This document shows positions 16,574 to 23,626 of a DNA stretch of 32,000 nt, piece by piece. A model generated the notes under the pieces. That model had not been told where the DNA came from and did not search any database. It was given only the letters and a program-made list of their open reading frames with translations. Source of the DNA: Corynebacterium amycolatum (lineage in GTDB: Bacteria > Actinomycetota > Actinomycetes > Mycobacteriales > Mycobacteriaceae). The DNA is taken from NCBI RefSeq assembly GCF_049243625.1, contig NZ_CP046975.1. One strand, 5' to 3'. Within the stretch, counting starts at the first letter, position 1; each line of letters starts with the position of its first letter. The translations under genes and the position numbers were made by a program.

Positions 16574-16665
16574 GGAGGCGTGCCAGAGCGGCCGAATGGG
16601 GCTCCCTGCTAAGGAGTTGCCTGTCTTGCGACGGGCCGGAGGTTCGAATCCTCTCGCCTCCGCCA
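16574..16665 (+). tRNA. tRNA-Ser (anticodon GCU), CCA encoded
   Basis: Acceptor GGAGGCG/CGCCTCC, anticodon stem GCTCC/GGAGT with loop CTGCTAA, long variable arm, T-loop TTCGAAT, then GCCA. Confidence 0.9.
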
Positions 16666-16668
16666 CAC

Positions 16669-16744
16669 GCGCCCGTAGCTCAACGGATAGAGCATCTGAC
16701 TACGGATCAGAAGGTTAGGGGTTCGAATCCCTTCGGGCGCACCA
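16669..16744 (+). tRNA. tRNA-Arg (anticodon ACG), copy 1, CCA encoded
   Basis: Acceptor GCGCCCG/CGGGCGC, anticodon stem TCTGA/TCAGA with loop CTACGGA, T-loop TTCGAAT. Lies 3 nt after tRNA-Ser(GCU). Confidence 0.92.
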
Positions 16745-16748
16745 CGTA

Positions 16749-16785
16749 GACCCGCACCTTGTAGGTGCGGGTCTTTTTGTTTTTA
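16749..16785 (+). terminator. intrinsic terminator after tRNA-Arg copy 1
   Basis: GACCCGCACC-TTGTA-GGTGCGGGTC followed by TTTTTGTTTTT. Confidence 0.75.
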
Positions 16786-16841
16786 TTACCTGGCAGTGCA
16801 GCGCGAGCCGAGGCATTGCGGGGCGGGGCAGCGCGATCCTT

Positions 16842-17005
16842 CACTTGTGGCCAGGGTTCGGTCACTTATCGATGGTTTCTCGTGACCTGTCGATGGTTTT
16901 GCGCCACTTATGCGCGCGCTGTGGGTGCTACGTGTGCACTTGTCGATGCGCTGTTCACTTGTGGCCAGGCTATAGCGAATCGATGGGTGAACTATGCATC
17001 GATAA
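16842..17005 (+). repeat. phased CACTTRT-unit repeat element, copy B (6 units)
   Basis: Units start at 16842, 16863, 16884, 16905, 16937 and 16956 (spacing 21, 21, 21, 32, 19). Terminal TTCACTTGTGGCCAGGCTATAGC, then ATCGATG...CATCGAT (16979-17003). Confidence 0.85.
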
Positions 17006-17030
17006 GACAACGAACCAGCTCCCTTGCTTC

Positions 17031-17080
17031 AGCAACGCGCAGCAACAGGTAGCAACGCGCAGCAACAGGTAGCAACGCGG
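17031..17080 (+). repeat. tandem repeat, 20-nt unit (AGCAACGCGC AGCAACAGGT) x2.5, 10-nt AGCAAC sub-period
   Basis: Read directly: agcaacgcgc agcaacaggt agcaacgcgc agcaacaggt agcaacgcgg. Confidence 0.85.
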
Positions 17081-17302
17081 ACCTGCCGCCCGACTCACCA
17101 CCTCCCTGAGCCGCCACGGCCGTACCTCCAACACCCCCGCGCAGCCTTTGCCTGGCCGAATCCGATTAGCCTGGCCTTGTACTTGGTCAATCGGGGCTTC
17201 CGCCCCGCGCCGCCTCGCACACCGGGGGACATTTTCCTATCCTGAACAGTTGCAATAGACTTAGACCCCGGTTGCCCTCCCCGTATTTCGATAGGAGCCT
17301 TG

Positions 17303-20300
17303 ATGGACGCCCGTCTAGCCGTTCGCCGTAAGCCCGAGTTCCGCAATGAGGAAGCTACGCTGCTGTCCTCGATCGGCCAGGACGGTGAGGTGGCAATCTA
17401 CTATCTCTACGATGCTTTCGATGCGACGGAGGAGGACCTCGTCGCGCTGCGTGAGTCGGTAGTTGCTGATTCGCGTGTCGACGAGCTGGTCGAGCTCCCG
17501 GCCCCCGCCGAGCTGGGGAACTACCTTGCTGTCGAGCCTCTTCCTGGCCAGTACGACCAGCGTGCCGATGCCGCCGAGCAGGCCCTGCGTCTACTCCGCC
17601 CGGAAACCCGCGCGCAGATCACCTCGGCAACGCTGTATGTTTTCGACTCTCCGGTGAATGACGCCGTACGCTCCTTCCTCATTAACCCGGTCGAGTCGGG
17701 GGAGAAGAACCTGAGCGTCCTGCGCCGTCCGAGCATGGGCGAGATTGAGCCGCTGAAGGAGTACCCGGGCTTCACAGAGCTGGATGACGAAGGCCTGGCC
17801 GAGCTGCTCGCAGCCGACGGCATGGCCATGTCGCTGGCCGATCTGAAGACCATCCAGGACTACTTCCGCTCCGAGGGCCGCACTCCGACCGAGGTGGAGC
17901 TGTCCGCACTGGATACCTACTGGTCAGACCACTGCCGCCACACCACCTTCAACACCGAGCTGACCTCCATCGAGAACAACGAGCCGCGCTTTGCCGCGCA
18001 GTTGGATCGCGCGCTGCGTCGCTACGACGAGCTGCGTGAACTCAACGGCCGCACTCACAAGCCACGCACCCTGATGGATATGGGCACCATCATGGGCCGC
18101 GAACTGCGTCGCACGGGCGTTATGGATGACCAGGAAGTTTCCGAGGAAATCAACGCCTGCTCCGTCTATGTCGACGTCGAGGGCGATGACCGCAAGTGGC
18201 TCCTCATGTTCAAGAACGAGACCCACAACCACCCGACCGAGATCGAGCCGTTCGGTGGTGCCTCCACCTGTCTCGGCGGCGCGATCCGTGACCCGCTGTC
18301 AGGCCGTTCCTGGGTCTACCAGGCCATGCGTCTGTCCGGCGCAGGTGACATCAACACCCCGCGCGAGCAGACCCTCGAGGGCAAGCTGCCACAGCGCGAT
18401 ATTTCCTCTCGTGCCGCAGCCGGCTACTCCTCTTACGGCAACCAGATCGGTCTGGCCACCACTGGTGTGCGCGAGCTGGTCCACCCGGGATACGTCGCTA
18501 AGCGAATGGAACTCGGTGCCGTCGTCGCCGCTGCCCCGGCAGACAACGTCAAGCGCCTTGAGCCTGCGCCGGGCGATGTGGTGATCATGCTCGGTGGCCG
18601 CACCGGCCGTGACGGCGTCGGCGGTGCGACCGGCTCGTCGAAGGCCCACGATGAGGACTCGCTGGGCCGCTCCGGCGCCGAGGTGCAGAAGGGTAACCCG
18701 GTCAACGAGCGCAAGATTCAGCGCCTGTTCCGCCGCGAGGATGTCGCTACCAAGATTGTCCGCTGTAATGACTTCGGCGCTGGTGGCGTGTCCGTTGCGG
18801 TCGGTGAGCTGGCTGACTCCATTGACATTCACCTCGAGCGCGTGCCACTGAAGTACGCCGGTCTGAATGCTCGCGAGATTGCAATTTCCGAGTCCCAGGA
18901 GCGCATGGCGCTGGTCGTGCGCCCGGAGGACGCCGACTTCATCATCGCCGCCGCTGCCGAAGAGAACATCGAGGCAGTCGCGCTGGCAGATATCACCGAC
19001 ACCGGTCGGCTGCGCATGTTCATGGGCGACGAGGTTGTCTTCGACCTCTCCCGTGAGTTCATCGACACCAACGGCGCTGACCGTGCCCAGAACGTCGAGA
19101 TGGTTGCTGCGGAGGGCGGCGTCGTAAAGCAGGCACCGGCGAGCGTGCTGGAGTCGCTGCGTGCGGCGACGGCGGGCTCCCAGGAGGGCATGATCGAGCA
19201 GTTCGACTCGACCGTCGGCCGCTCCACCGTGCTCATGCCATACGGTGGTGCGACGCAGAAAACCGACGAGCAGGCGTCGATCCAGACGCTGCCGGTCGAT
19301 GGCGGCACGAGCACCGCGTCCGTCATGACTTGGGGTTACTCGCCATCGCTTGCCGACGAGTCCCCGTACCTCATGGGCTCCTACTCCGTCGTGGAGGCAC
19401 TGGCTAAGCTCGCAGCGGCCGGTGGCGATCCGCGCGGTGCCTGGCTGAGTGTGCAGGAGTACTTCCAGCGCCTGGACCAGGATCCGCAGCGCTGGGGCGA
19501 AGTTGCGCAGGCTCTGCTCGGTCTGCTCGAGGCTCAGGATGGCTTCCAGGTTGCGGCCATTGGCGGTAAGGACTCCATGTCCGGCACCTACGGCGAGGAC
19601 CTGCACGTGCCGGCGACACTGGTGACCTTCGCAGTTGCCGCGATGGACGAGACCGACGCCATATCCGCTGCAATCCCGGCCGGTAACTTCGACCTCTACC
19701 TGTTTGCGCACAAGCCGCTCGAGTCCGGGGAACCGAACTACGAGCAGCTCAACGAACTATTTGCCGCTGTGCGTGAGCTGCGTCCGGCTGCGGCCTCGGC
19801 TGTTACCAACGCGGATCTGGCCGCGACTCTGGTCAACATGGCTGTGGGCAATGGCGTGGGCCTTGAGGTATCGCTGACGGAGGCTCCGCTGGGTTCCATC
19901 GTTGTGGCTGTTCCGGCTGGTCAGGCTGTTGAGGGTGCTGGTGCGGGGGCTGGTGCGGGGGCCGTGAAGATCGGTGCCACCGACGAGTCGGGCACGCTGC
20001 GCTTCGGTGCGGAGTCCTTCACTGTTTCGGAGGCCCTGGAGGCGATGGAGTCCGGTTACCGCGAGGTCTTCCCGCTCAATGAGTACGAGGGCGAGCCCCT
20101 GCCGGAGTTCGCCAACCAGGTCAACGAGACCGAGACCGACCTGCAGAGCCCGGGCAAGAAGGATGTCCACGTACTGCTGCCGGTCTTCCCGGGTACCAAC
20201 TCCGAATACGACATGGCCGAGGCATTCGTCGCAGCTGGCGCTACCTACGAGTTCCACGTGATCCGCAACCTGACCCCGGCAATGCTGGCGGAGGACACGA

Positions 20301-20986
20301 AGGCGTTCATCGAGAAGCTCAAGGACGCTGACATCCTGGCGTTCTCCGGTGGCTTCTCCCTGGGTGATGAGCCGGACGGATCGGCTAAGTTCATCGCCGC
20401 GTTCCTGCGTTCCGACGATGTCGCAGCCGCCGTCAAGGAGTTCGTGGCCGGAAACGGTCTCGTGCTCGGTATTTGTAACGGTTTCCAGGCGCTGGTCAAG
20501 TCCGGTTTCCTGCCGTATGGTGACCCGGCGCAGCTCCGCGAGGACTCGCCGACCCTGGCCCACAATCGCCAGCTGCGCCACGTTTCCCGCATCGCCACCA
20601 CCCGCGTGGCAACCGTGAATTCCCCGTGGCTGCGCGGTTTCGAGCCGGGCCAGACCCACCTCATGCCGGTTTCTCACGGTGAGGGCCGTTTCGTGGTTTC
20701 CGAGGACGAGGCTCGCCGACTGTTTGAGGCCGGTCAGGTCGCTTTCCAGTACGTCGATACTGGTGGCGATGCCGACGGTGGTGCCGAGGGCGTGCCGACG
20801 ATGGCAGCGCCAGCCAACCCGAACGGTTCCTCCTACGCCATTGAGGGCATTGTCAGTGCCGACGGCAGGATCCTGGGCAAGATGGGCCACCCGGAGCGTT
20901 TCCGCGAGGGCCTGATGCGCAACATTCCGGGCATTGGTGAGCAGGACATCTTCGGCAACGCTGTCCGCTGGGTCCGCGGCGAGTAG
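17303..20986 (+). CDS. purL: phosphoribosylformylglycinamidine (FGAM) synthase, single-chain large form
   Basis: About 1227 aa. Motifs DHCRHTTFNT and THNHPTEIEPFGGASTCLGGAIRD in the synthetase part. C-terminal glutaminase domain with GICNGFQAL (Cys nucleophile) and HPERF. AGGAG lies 5 nt upstream of ATG 17303 (the track ORF starts at TTG 17300). Contains a short GAGAGAGAGA insert. Confidence 0.92.
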   Translation: MDARLAVRRKPEFRNEEATLLSSIGQDGEVAIYYLYDAFDATEEDLVALRESVVADSRVDELVELPAPAELGNYLAVEPLPGQYDQRADAAEQALRLLRPETRAQITSATLYVFDSPVNDAVRSFLINPVESGEKNLSVLRRPSMGEIEPLKEYPGFTELDDEGLAELLAADGMAMSLADLKTIQDYFRSEGRTPTEVELSALDTYWSDHCRHTTFNTELTSIENNEPRFAAQLDRALRRYDELRELNGRTHKPRTLMDMGTIMGRELRRTGVMDDQEVSEEINACSVYVDVEGDDRKWLLMFKNETHNHPTEIEPFGGASTCLGGAIRDPLSGRSWVYQAMRLSGAGDINTPREQTLEGKLPQRDISSRAAAGYSSYGNQIGLATTGVRELVHPGYVAKRMELGAVVAAAPADNVKRLEPAPGDVVIMLGGRTGRDGVGGATGSSKAHDEDSLGRSGAEVQKGNPVNERKIQRLFRREDVATKIVRCNDFGAGGVSVAVGELADSIDIHLERVPLKYAGLNAREIAISESQERMALVVRPEDADFIIAAAAEENIEAVALADITDTGRLRMFMGDEVVFDLSREFIDTNGADRAQNVEMVAAEGGVVKQAPASVLESLRAATAGSQEGMIEQFDSTVGRSTVLMPYGGATQKTDEQASIQTLPVDGGTSTASVMTWGYSPSLADESPYLMGSYSVVEALAKLAAAGGDPRGAWLSVQEYFQRLDQDPQRWGEVAQALLGLLEAQDGFQVAAIGGKDSMSGTYGEDLHVPATLVTFAVAAMDETDAISAAIPAGNFDLYLFAHKPLESGEPNYEQLNELFAAVRELRPAAASAVTNADLAATLVNMAVGNGVGLEVSLTEAPLGSIVVAVPAGQAVEGAGAGAGAGAVKIGATDESGTLRFGAESFTVSEALEAMESGYREVFPLNEYEGEPLPEFANQVNETETDLQSPGKKDVHVLLPVFPGTNSEYDMAEAFVAAGATYEFHVIRNLTPAMLAEDTKAFIEKLKDADILAFSGGFSLGDEPDGSAKFIAAFLRSDDVAAAVKEFVAGNGLVLGICNGFQALVKSGFLPYGDPAQLREDSPTLAHNRQLRHVSRIATTRVATVNSPWLRGFEPGQTHLMPVSHGEGRFVVSEDEARRLFEAGQVAFQYVDTGGDADGGAEGVPTMAAPANPNGSSYAIEGIVSADGRILGKMGHPERFREGLMRNIPGIGEQDIFGNAVRWVRGE

Positions 20987-21124
20987 TTCCTCGGTTTCTC
21001 CGGTCCGCGCCGGTGCTGGCCTCGGGGTCGGTTAGACCGGGGTAACCGCAACGAAACCTGTTGTTAATGTGCAACGAATATGTACTTGAATAAGTGCCCA
21101 AAAAGGTTGCGTGAACAGGCGATT

Positions 21125-21152
21125 TTGTAAAACTTCGCAGGATGAGTAAAGT
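21125..21152 (+). promoter_or_regulatory. putative sigma-A-type promoter for tRNA-Arg copy 2 (TTGTAA - 16 nt - TAAAGT)
   Basis: Hexamers read directly in an AT-richer stretch about 60 nt upstream of the tRNA. Not experimentally anchored. Confidence 0.3.
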
Positions 21153-21210
21153 ATCTATTCGTTGCAGGGGCCGAGGGAATTACCCCAGAGCCGCTGAATA
21201 ACAACAAAAT

Positions 21211-21283
21211 GCGCCCGTAGCTCAACGGATAGAGCATCTGACTACGGATCAGAAGGTTAGGGGTTCGAATCCCTTCGGGCGCA
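21211..21283 (+). tRNA. tRNA-Arg (anticodon ACG), copy 2, no encoded CCA
   Basis: 73/73 nt identical to 16669-16741. Followed by CAA instead of CCA. Confidence 0.92.
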
Positions 21284-21290
21284 CAAAGCA

Positions 21291-21322
21291 GACCCGCACC
21301 GATAAAGTGCGGGTCTTTTTGT
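21291..21322 (+). terminator. intrinsic terminator after tRNA-Arg copy 2
   Basis: GACCCGCAC-CGATAAA-GTGCGGGTC followed by TTTTTGT. The stem sequence matches the copy 1 terminator, with a different loop. Confidence 0.75.
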
Positions 21323-21328
21323 CTGCCC

Positions 21329-21449
21329 GACTTGTCGATGGTTTTCGGGCACTTATGCGCGCGGTATTGGCTCTGCCTGCGCTCATGTCGATGAGCTATT
21401 CACTTGTGGCCAGGCTATAGCTCATCGATATGTGAATATCTCATCGACA
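21329..21449 (+). repeat. phased CACTTRT-unit repeat element, copy C (minimal, 4 units)
   Basis: Units start at 21329, 21350, 21382 and 21401 (spacing 21, 32, 19). TTCACTTGTGGCCAGGCTATAGC, then ATCGAT (21424) and ATCGAC (21443) 19 nt apart. Confidence 0.85.
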
Positions 21450-21482
21450 GGTGAGGGGCGGAATTGACAGGTGAGGGGCGGA
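21446..21482 (+). repeat. tandem direct repeat GACAGGTGAGGGGCGGA x2 (20-nt period)
   Basis: Read directly at 21446-21462 and 21466-21482. Confidence 0.85.
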
Positions 21483-21554
21483 GCGGAGAATCAAGCAGGG
21501 AACTAGAATATTCGTGCCTTTTTCGTAAGTGAAGTCGACACGAAGTTCGCATTT

Positions 21555-21668
21555 CCGCCCACCCGCACCCGCAAACGGCCACCGCCCACCCGCAAACCGC
21601 CACCTGCCACCCGCACCCATGAGCCCGTCCACCCACGAGCCACCCCAAACCCTCAAACCCCAAACCCC
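21555..21668 (+). repeat. C-rich tract with CCGCCCACCCGCA repeats and CCCCAAACCCTCAAACCCCAAACCCC (G4-prone on the minus strand)
   Basis: The 13-mer CCGCCCACCCGCA occurs at 21555 and 21582, with a related copy near 21606. Four C3-4 runs separated by 3-5 nt at 21643-21668. Confidence 0.75.
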
Positions 21669-21731
21669 AGCGCCTCAGTATTCGAAACATCTCAAACTCG
21701 CAATATCTGCCTAACGGTCTACAGTGGAACC

Positions 21732-22721
21732 ATGATTCGTACTGAGTCCATTCTTGACCTTGCTACCGTAGCCTCGGGGCAGTCCCACGCTGACGCCCTG
21801 CAAGGCTCCATTGATTTGGCACAGACTGCGGAAAAGGCCAGTTATCAGCGTATTTGGTACGCAGAACACCACAATATGAACTCCATCGCGTCCTCGTCGC
21901 CGGCCGTTCTTATCGCAGCCGTGGCTGCAAAAACTGAGAGCATCACCCTCGGCTCCGGCGGCGTCATGCTGCCGAATCACGCACCGCTGACGGTCGCGGA
22001 GCAGTTCGGAACTCTCGCGAACCTGTACCCGGATCGCATCGAGCTTGGGCTGGGTCGCGCACCGGGCACTGACCAGGCCACTATGCGCGCGCTGCGCCGT
22101 GACCCGCGCTCTTCCGATTCCTTCCCGCAGGATGTGCAGGAGCTGCGCGGTTACCTCTCCGATGAGTCGCTGATCAAGGGCATCAACGCAATCCCGGGTC
22201 GTGGCACGCATGTGCCGCTGTACATTCTGGGCTCCTCTCTCTTTGGTGCTCAGCTCGCAGCCGCACTCGGCTTGCCGTATGCATTTGCTTCGCACTTCGC
22301 TCCGGACGCGCTTCGCGATGCCATTGCGGTCTACCGCGAGCAGTTCCAGCCTTCGGAGCAGCTGGATAAGCCGTACGCTTTTGCGGCTATGAATGTGATT
22401 GCGTCGGAAAGCGAAGAGGATGCGCACCAGCAGTACTTCGCTACCCGCAGGAACATGGTCAGGCGTTTCCTCAGCCGCGGTGGGCATCATCTCACTGACG
22501 ATGAGGCGGAGATTCTGATGGATACTCCGCAGGGGCGCCAGGTGCAGAATATGTTCCGTCATACGGCAGTCGGCACGGTGGCGCAGGTGCGTGAGCAGAT
22601 TGCGCAGTTCGGTGAGTACTCGACGGCGGATGAGCTAATCGTGGCTCATCAGTCGTTGAAGGTTCCTGACCGACTGCGTTCGGTAGAGCTCACCGCGGAG
22701 GCCGTGGGGCTGAGCGCGTAA
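21732..22721 (+). CDS. LLM-class (luciferase-like) flavin-dependent oxidoreductase
   Basis: 329 aa. Typical YhbW/LLM N-terminus ([58 protein letters not shown]). Confidence 0.85.
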   Translation: MIRTESILDLATVASGQSHADALQGSIDLAQTAEKASYQRIWYAEHHNMNSIASSSPAVLIAAVAAKTESITLGSGGVMLPNHAPLTVAEQFGTLANLYPDRIELGLGRAPGTDQATMRALRRDPRSSDSFPQDVQELRGYLSDESLIKGINAIPGRGTHVPLYILGSSLFGAQLAAALGLPYAFASHFAPDALRDAIAVYREQFQPSEQLDKPYAFAAMNVIASESEEDAHQQYFATRRNMVRRFLSRGGHHLTDDEAEILMDTPQGRQVQNMFRHTAVGTVAQVREQIAQFGEYSTADELIVAHQSLKVPDRLRSVELTAEAVGLSA

Positions 22722-22729
22722 GGCTCCAG

Positions 22730-22755
22730 GCCCCCGGCGCCTCGAGGCGCGGGGC
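22730..22755. terminator. GC-rich hairpin between convergent genes (possible bidirectional terminator)
   Basis: GCCCC(CG)GCGCC-TCGA-GGCGCGGGGC: 10 bp with a 2-nt bulge and only a weak T-run. Confidence 0.35.
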
Positions 22756-22768
22756 TTTAGCTTTCCGC

Positions 22769-23617
22769 TTACTCCACTGCAGCCAGCGGTAGCGCTTTTT
22801 CGCTGGCAAACTGCATTATTTCGGCATTGGTGCGCTCGCTGAGGAAGGCTGCGAGTTCCTCGCGGTTGCTCGCGCCAGTGGCCTCGGTCAGGGCGGCGGC
22901 AAAGTGCGGCTCCAGCGCTGCCACGGCCGCGTAGCCATCGGCGCTGGGGTAGAGGCCGTACGTCCACAGGCCGCCACCGAGTAGTCCGCCGGGCGCCGTC
23001 ATGCCGTACTTCAGCGGCGCGGCACCGGTCTCACCAGCCTGCTTCAGGCCGATGCGGCAGTGCAGTCCAGACTGCTTTACGACGTCCGCCCCAGCACCTG
23101 CCCGCTTAATCAACCCGGCAAGGGCAGCGGTGACCGCAAAGTGTGCGCCCAGAATGTCGCCCAACAGCACCGGGGGCATGGCCGGAGGCGTGAGGGTTCC
23201 GGCCTCCGCCTGGTAGGTCAGGTCATGGCCAGGCGTTTCTGGAGCTTCGGTATCACCGACAATGTCGATATGTACCGGCCCATTCGGGCGCTCGTGGAGA
23301 CCCGCCAGTCCCATGCGTTCCAGCGCGGAGGGGCGAACCGAGGTGATGACCACATCGGCCTCATCGATCAGTGAGCTCAGCTGTGCGCGGCCCTCATCGC
23401 TCTTCAGATTCGCCTGGATAATCTCGTGACCTGCGGACATAGCTTCGTACCAAGGGCGGCCGAAGGAACCGAGCGGGTCGCCTGTGGGTGGTTCGACCTT
23501 AATCACCCGGGCGCCTAGCTGGCCCAAGTGCTGAGCGGCCAGTGGTCCCGGAACGTTAATGGCGAAGTTGACGACAGTGATGCCTGCGAGGCTGGTGTGC
23601 AGCTCGGGGGAAAACAT
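22769..23617 (-). CDS. CoA-transferase family III (CaiB/BaiF-like), short form
   Basis: 282 aa. N-terminal GITVVNFAINVPGPLAAQHLGQLGARVIKVEPP and GHDLTYQA (catalytic Asp region). Starts 9 nt after the tyrA stop, so probably co-transcribed. Confidence 0.8.
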   Translation of the reverse strand: MFSPELHTSLAGITVVNFAINVPGPLAAQHLGQLGARVIKVEPPTGDPLGSFGRPWYEAMSAGHEIIQANLKSDEGRAQLSSLIDEADVVITSVRPSALERMGLAGLHERPNGPVHIDIVGDTEAPETPGHDLTYQAEAGTLTPPAMPPVLLGDILGAHFAVTAALAGLIKRAGAGADVVKQSGLHCRIGLKQAGETGAAPLKYGMTAPGGLLGGGLWTYGLYPSADGYAAVAALEPHFAAALTEATGASNREELAAFLSERTNAEIMQFASEKALPLAAVE

Positions 23618-23626
23618 AGTTCCACA

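Noticed and set aside
17081-17299. ZTP (pfl) or purine riboswitch in the purL leader
   Set aside because: I could not find the conserved ZTP core (GGGTCGTG...CCGCCTGGGC pseudoknot elements) or the purine-riboswitch junction sequence. There are only generic C-rich sequence and a weak GGGGG/CCCCG pairing.
18299-20890. 470-aa and 377-aa minus-strand ORFs inside purL
   Set aside because: They are shadow ORFs opposite a gene with unambiguous FGAM synthase motifs, and they have an Arg/Gly/His-rich composition.
16669-21449. Classical integrase-mediated genomic island at tRNA-Arg
   Set aside because: There is no integrase, excisionase or other mobility gene between the repeats. The whole tRNA is duplicated, not just its 3' part, and the cargo is a single housekeeping-type gene. 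I kept it only as a recombination or cassette hypothesis.
22769-23617. CoA-transferase as a truncated pseudogene (282 aa versus the usual 380-400 aa)
   Set aside because: The reading frame is intact from a good start 9 nt after tyrA to a stop, the catalytic GHDLTYQA region is present, and no frameshifted continuation is visible. It is more likely a short family member.
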